The notes beneath the pieces were generated by a model. That model was not told the origin of the DNA. It was given only the letters and a program-made list of their open reading frames with translations, and made no database searches. From the human T2T-CHM13v2.0 reference genome, Homo sapiens, in assembly GCF_009914755.1 (NCBI RefSeq), contig NC_060935.1: DNA of 64,000 nt; one strand, 5' to 3'. Both the position numbers and the translations under genes were made by a program. This document shows positions 59,177-64,000 of this stretch, in pieces (position 1 is the first letter of the stretch; the number at the start of each line of letters is the position of its first letter).

Positions 59177-60184
59177 TAAAAATTCTTATTTCACAGTTCT
59201 CTATCCATTTTACAGAAACTATTGATGATAAGCGATTAGAAGAACCAGGATGTTTGTAGGTGCTATTCATATTAAGTTTTTAAAAAGGTAAATGAGACAA
59301 AATTAGTAGCTTCATTGTGGTACCATCAACCATACACACTTTGGAATTTTTAAGGTGAGGAATTATAATTTTAATTTGAATAATTTTCAGTTGACAGTTT
59401 ACATAGTCTTCATGCTTAGAGCACAAGGGCAAAAAATTATAAAAAATTAATTCATGTCATATTACCAGAGAAATAAAGCTACTACAATTTCTAAATAGTA
59501 AAAACAAACTCAACTCATCTAAGTTCAGGAAAGACTAAAAAAAGAACATATTTACTAAGAGCTATATTTTTAACAAGTGAATAAAAATATTTTATTTGGC
59601 AATTATGAATTTGTTAAATATATTATTAGTGTTCAGACTGTAACATTTTATGATTTCATCTAAATATGCATATATTTAAGAGCCAGATGGATTCTGCTAC
59701 TGCCAGGATTGCAAAATGTTATCTCAAGCAGAAGCACTCTATAATAACTAGATTAATCATTAGTTGCTTTGGTGTTCATCAAAATGTCATTAATCCTTCT
59801 AAATTAAATTATTATTAATATACATGAAATATTTATAAAGAAAAAAATGTTTGCAATTATTGCCTTTATTGCTGTTCTGTTCATTTAGGTGTCATTTTTC
59901 AGAGAGGAATGTAACACTGTTTCCAGATCGTAGAACCGGCACACTATATCAGAGGACAAGTTGTTTATTTTAATTCATGCCACTTTTTTCTGCAAACTAA
60001 GTTACCTCTAAAAGATTGTGCTTCTGTTCTTTGTCTCACAAAGCCTTAAATTTCATCTTTATTCCAAGTGTCACTTCTTTGGATTTGCAAAGGAGTCAGA
60101 TCCCATGATATCAAATGACAGCAAGGCATAACACTGTGCTTATACATGTTTTTATCCATTTTTTGCTATTTTAATGTATTGCAT

Positions 60185-61010
60185 TTTTAATTTGTTAAAA
60201 TTGAAGCATTACATGCACACAGAAAAGTTCACAAATTTAAGTCCATAGATATAAATTACCACAGACCTGAACACACTCTTGTAAATACCATGTAAGCCAA
60301 GAAATAAACCACTACCAACACCACACAAGACAAAAAAACCTCCTCCTAAACACTATCGTGTTTTTGCCCCAAATAAAACACACTACTGATTTCTAACACA
60401 ATATACTAGCTTTATTTATGTAAATTAAATTATAAGGTATGTTCTTTTTAAAGAAACCCAAATATTTTGATTATTATTTTTATTGTTGTTTAGTATTACC
60501 TTGTATGAATATGTGATCAATTTCATCATGCTACTCTTAAATATATCTTGAAATTGCTTTCAACAGAGGCTATGGCCATGGCTATGCATGTCTTTTGTTC
60601 ACAAGTGTATTCATTTCTTCTGGAATATACCTGAGTATGTTCAAATTTAGTCAATAATGCTAATGGTTTTTCAAAAGGAGTTGTACCAATAAACCTATTC
60701 ACAGCAGTGAATGAAAATTTCTGTTGCTCCATGTCTTAATCAACACATAACATTTTTAGTCCTTTAAATATTAAACATTCTCATAGTTAAACAATAGTAT
60801 CTTATTGCAACTTAAATTTTCATTTGACAGATAATGAAACAGAACAATTTTTCATGTATTTACTTAATAACTTAGTATTCTTGTTTGTGAACTACCATTC
60901 TACTTGCTCCACCAGTTTTTTTTTAATTATTGTCATTTTTCAACTGTTTTGCAATATTTTCTTTTTACATTCTGGATACAAGCCCAATGCTAGCTATTTA
61001 TGAAAAAAAT
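60185..61010 (-). mobile_element. Old L1M (L1ME-like) 3' region
   Basis: CATGCACACAGAAAAGTTCACAAAT...TTCAAAAGGAGTTGTACCAAT...TTCTGTTGCTCCATGTC...ATTCTGGATACAAGCC. Confidence 0.6.
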
Positions 61011-61690
61011 GATAATCTTTTTAGAAAATTGCTTTAGGTCAATTAGATATTGCCAGTGAAAAAATCAGGTTTTACCCATAAATCATGAACTATACAAATA
61101 ATAGCAAGTAGGTAGATCACAATACAAATAAGTGTAGAAAATTTAAAAATACGGTTTTTAAAAAATAATAATAGTGTAAATATCCTTGGATTTAAAATAT
61201 TAAAAATGTATTAAATTTCAAATTTCTGAATTTAAAAGAAAAAATTATTTCCAAAGAATTTATTTATTTAAAATGTATTTAAGTTTCTGATTTTTAAATA
61301 TTAAAATTTCAAATTTCTGGTAATTAAAAGGCATAAGATACAGATATTTCTTGCTTTTTCAGCTGAAAGGGCACAGAAGCAACAGCATCCCAGTAGTAAT
61401 GACGACAACAAGTGCCAAATCTTGGTTTCCAGTAAAAGAAAACATGGTTCCTCAGAGAAATAGCTGATTGTAGGGCTGGAATAGAGAATATATAAAACAA
61501 GCCTGGGCATCTTTTAGTGCCAGAAAGTAAGAAAATACTTGAAAAACAGAAACAAGCCAACAAAAATACCTAACTATGGGTATGTCAAAAGGTCACAGGA
61601 GCTAAATGAAGGAATTCCTAATCACCAAACCTGAGACAATTTGAACAACAAAATAAATAACAAGTTTAAAATTAATATCCACAAGTCCAT

Positions 61691-63972
61691 TGTATTAGTC
61701 CGTTTTCACACTGCTGACAGAGACATACCTGCGACTGGGAAGAAAAAGAGGTTTAATGGACATACAGTTCCACATGGCTGGGATGGCCTCATGGTCATGG
61801 CGGAAGGCAAGGAGAAGCAAGTCATGTCTTAAATGGATGGTAGCAGGCAAAAAGAGAGAGCTTGTGCAGGGAAACTCCCATTTTTAAAACCATCATATCT
61901 CAAGAGACTTATTCACTATCACAAGAAAAGCATGCAAAAGACCCACTCCCATGATTCATTTATCTCCCACTGGGTCCCTCCCACAACAAGTGGGAATTAC
62001 AGGAGCAACAAGATGAGATTTTGGGTAGGAACACATAGCCAAGCTATATCATTCCACCCCTGGCCACTTCCAAATCTCATGTCTTCACATTTCAAAAAAC
62101 CAATCATGCCTTCCCAACAGTCCCCTAAAGTCTTAACTCATTTCAGCATTAACTCTAAAGTCCACAGTCCAGTCTCATCTGAGACAAGGCAAGTCCCTTC
62201 CATCTATGAGCTTGTAAAACCAAAAGCAAGTTAGTTACTTCCTAGATACCATGGGGGTACAGGAATTAGGTAAATACAGCCATTCTGAATCGGAGAACTT
62301 GGCCAAAAAGAGGAGCTACAGACCCGATGCAAGTCTGAAATACAACAGGGCAGTGAAATCTGAAAGCTCCAAAATTATCTTCTTTGATTCCTGTCTCACA
62401 TCTGGGTCACACTGATGCAAAAGGTGGGTCCCCATGGTCTTGGGCTGCTCCACCACTGTGGCTTTGTGAGATATAGCCTCCCTTATGGCTGTTTTCGTAG
62501 GCTGGCATTGAGTGTCTGCAGCTTTTCCAGGAGCATGGTGCAAGATGTCGGTGGATCTACCACTCTGGGTCTGCAGCTCTTCTCACAGCTCCACTAGGCA
62601 ATGCCCCAGTAGGTACTCTGTCTGGGGACTCTGACCCCACATTTCCCTTCTGCACTGCCCTAGCAGAGATTCTCCATTAGAACCCTGCCCCTGCAGCAAA
62701 CATTGGTCTGGACATCCAGGCATTTTCATATAGCCTCTGAAATCCAGGCAGAGGTTCCCAAACCTCAATTCTTGACTACTGTCTACCCACAGACTCAACA
62801 CCACATGGAAGCTCCAAGACTTGTGGATTGCACCCTCTGAAGTCATGACCCAAGCTCTACGTTGGTCCCTTTCAGCCATGGCTGGAGCAGCTGGGACACA
62901 TGGTACCAAATCCCTAGGCTGCACACAGCATGGGGACCCCAGACCTGGCCCACAAAACCATCTTTTGCCCCAGACCTCAGGGCCTGTGATGGGAGGCGCT
63001 GCTGGGAAGACCTCTGACATGTGCTGGAGACATTTTCCCCATTGTCTTGGGGTTTAACTTTCAGCTTCTTGTTACTTATGCAAATTTCTGCAAACTGCTT
63101 GGATTTCTCCTCAGAAAATGGGATTTTCTTTTCTATTGCACTGTCAGGCTGAAAATTTTCTGAACTTTTGGGCTCTACTTCCCTTATAAAACTGAATGCC
63201 TTTAACACCACCCAAGTCACCTCTTGAATGCTTTCCTGCTTAGAAATTTCTTCTGCCAGATACCCTAAATCATCTCCCGCAAGTTCAAAGTTCCACAATT
63301 CTCTAGGGCAGGGGCAAAATGCTGCCAGTCTCTTTGTTAAAGCATAACAAGAGTCACTTATGCTCCAGTTCCCAACAAGTTCCTCATCTCCATCTGAGAC
63401 CACCTCAGCCTGGACTTTATTGTCCATGTGGCTATCAGCATTTTGAGCAAAGCCATTCAACAATTCTCTAGAAAGTTTCCAATATTCCCACATTTTCCTG
63501 TCTCCTTCTGAATCCTCCAAACTGTTCCAACCCCTGCCTGTTTCCCAGTTCGAAAGTAGCTTCCACATTTTCAGTTATCGACAGCAGCACCCCACTCTTG
63601 GTACCAATTTACTGTATTAGTCCATTTTCATGCTGCTGATGAAGACATAACTGAGACTGGGAAGAAAAAGAGGTTTAATGGACTTACAGTTCCACGTGGC
63701 TGGGGAGGCCTCAAAATCATGGCAGAAGGCAAAGAGGAGCAAGTCATGTCTTACTTGGATGGTAGCAGGCAAAAATAGAGAGCTCGTGCAGGGAAACTCC
63801 CATTTTTAAAACCATCAGATCTCATGAAACTTATTCACTATCATGAGAACAACATGGGAAAGACCTGTCCCCATAATTCAGTTATCTTCCACCTGGTTCC
63901 TCCCACCACATGTGGGAATTATGGGAGCGATGAGATGAGATGTGGGTGGGGATACAGAGCCAAACCATATCA
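61691..63972 (-). mobile_element. Full-length THE1C MaLR provirus (3' LTR 61691-62051, internal 62052-63612, 5' LTR 63613-63972)
   Basis: Two ~360-bp direct LTRs (TGTATTAGTCC...GGGAAGAAAAAGAGGTTTAATGGAC...ATATCA) around ~1.56 kb of THE1-int. Degenerate 5-bp TSD TCCAT/TTTAT. Confidence 0.93.
62843..63568 (-). pseudogene. Remnant of the THE1-int (MaLR) gag-like ORF, 241 codons open
   Basis: GRGWNSLEDSEGDRKMWE...VQAEVVSDGDEELVGNWS...CPCPRELWNFEL...LGYLAEEISKQ matches the recalled MaLR internal ORF. Confidence 0.7.
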
Positions 63973-64000
63973 TTTATACTGACAGAAATAAATGATTAAA

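Larger units (their letters stand above)
61335..64000 (+). mobile_element. L1MC3-like 3'UTR (61335-61690, resuming ~63974), split by THE1C
   Basis: GAAATAGCTGATTGTAGGGCTGG...GTGCCAGAAAGTAAG...GGGTATGTCAAAAGG...AAGTCCAT | ATACTGACAGAAATAAATGATT. Confidence 0.7.

Noticed and set aside
61180-61330. AT-rich imperfect direct/inverted repeats
   Set aside because: Low-complexity sequence with no consistent period or long perfect stem.

Overview
AT-rich primate genomic DNA, almost certainly human, because it carries an AluYb8, a human-specific subfamily. It looks intergenic or deep-intronic. I find no credible protein-coding exon, RNA gene, CpG island or CRISPR-like array. The ORF track is explained by Alu, L1, LTR12 and MaLR sequence or by chance. 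About half the window is recognisable transposable-element DNA: 14 Alus plus one FRAM monomer; L1 fragments from L1PA2 to L1MC/ME; L2 and MIR relics; DNA transposons (Tigger2a, MER2, MER45); solo LTRs (MLT1A/C/D/H, MLT2A1, MLT2A2, MLT2B, LTR12); and a full-length THE1C MaLR provirus. The items most worth a second look are a young AluYb8 with a perfect 16-bp TSD, an L1PA2 fragment with no TSD, an LTR12 solo LTR with an intact NF-Y/GATA/TATA-like promoter core, an MLT2A1 with DUX4-type motifs, two perfect recent micro-duplications, two deeply nested TE clusters, and a candidate non-coding exon between inverted Alus. The sequence does not support a genuinely new biological system. Subfamily calls come from recalled consensus diagnostics rather than a RepeatMasker run, and boundaries of old elements are approximate.
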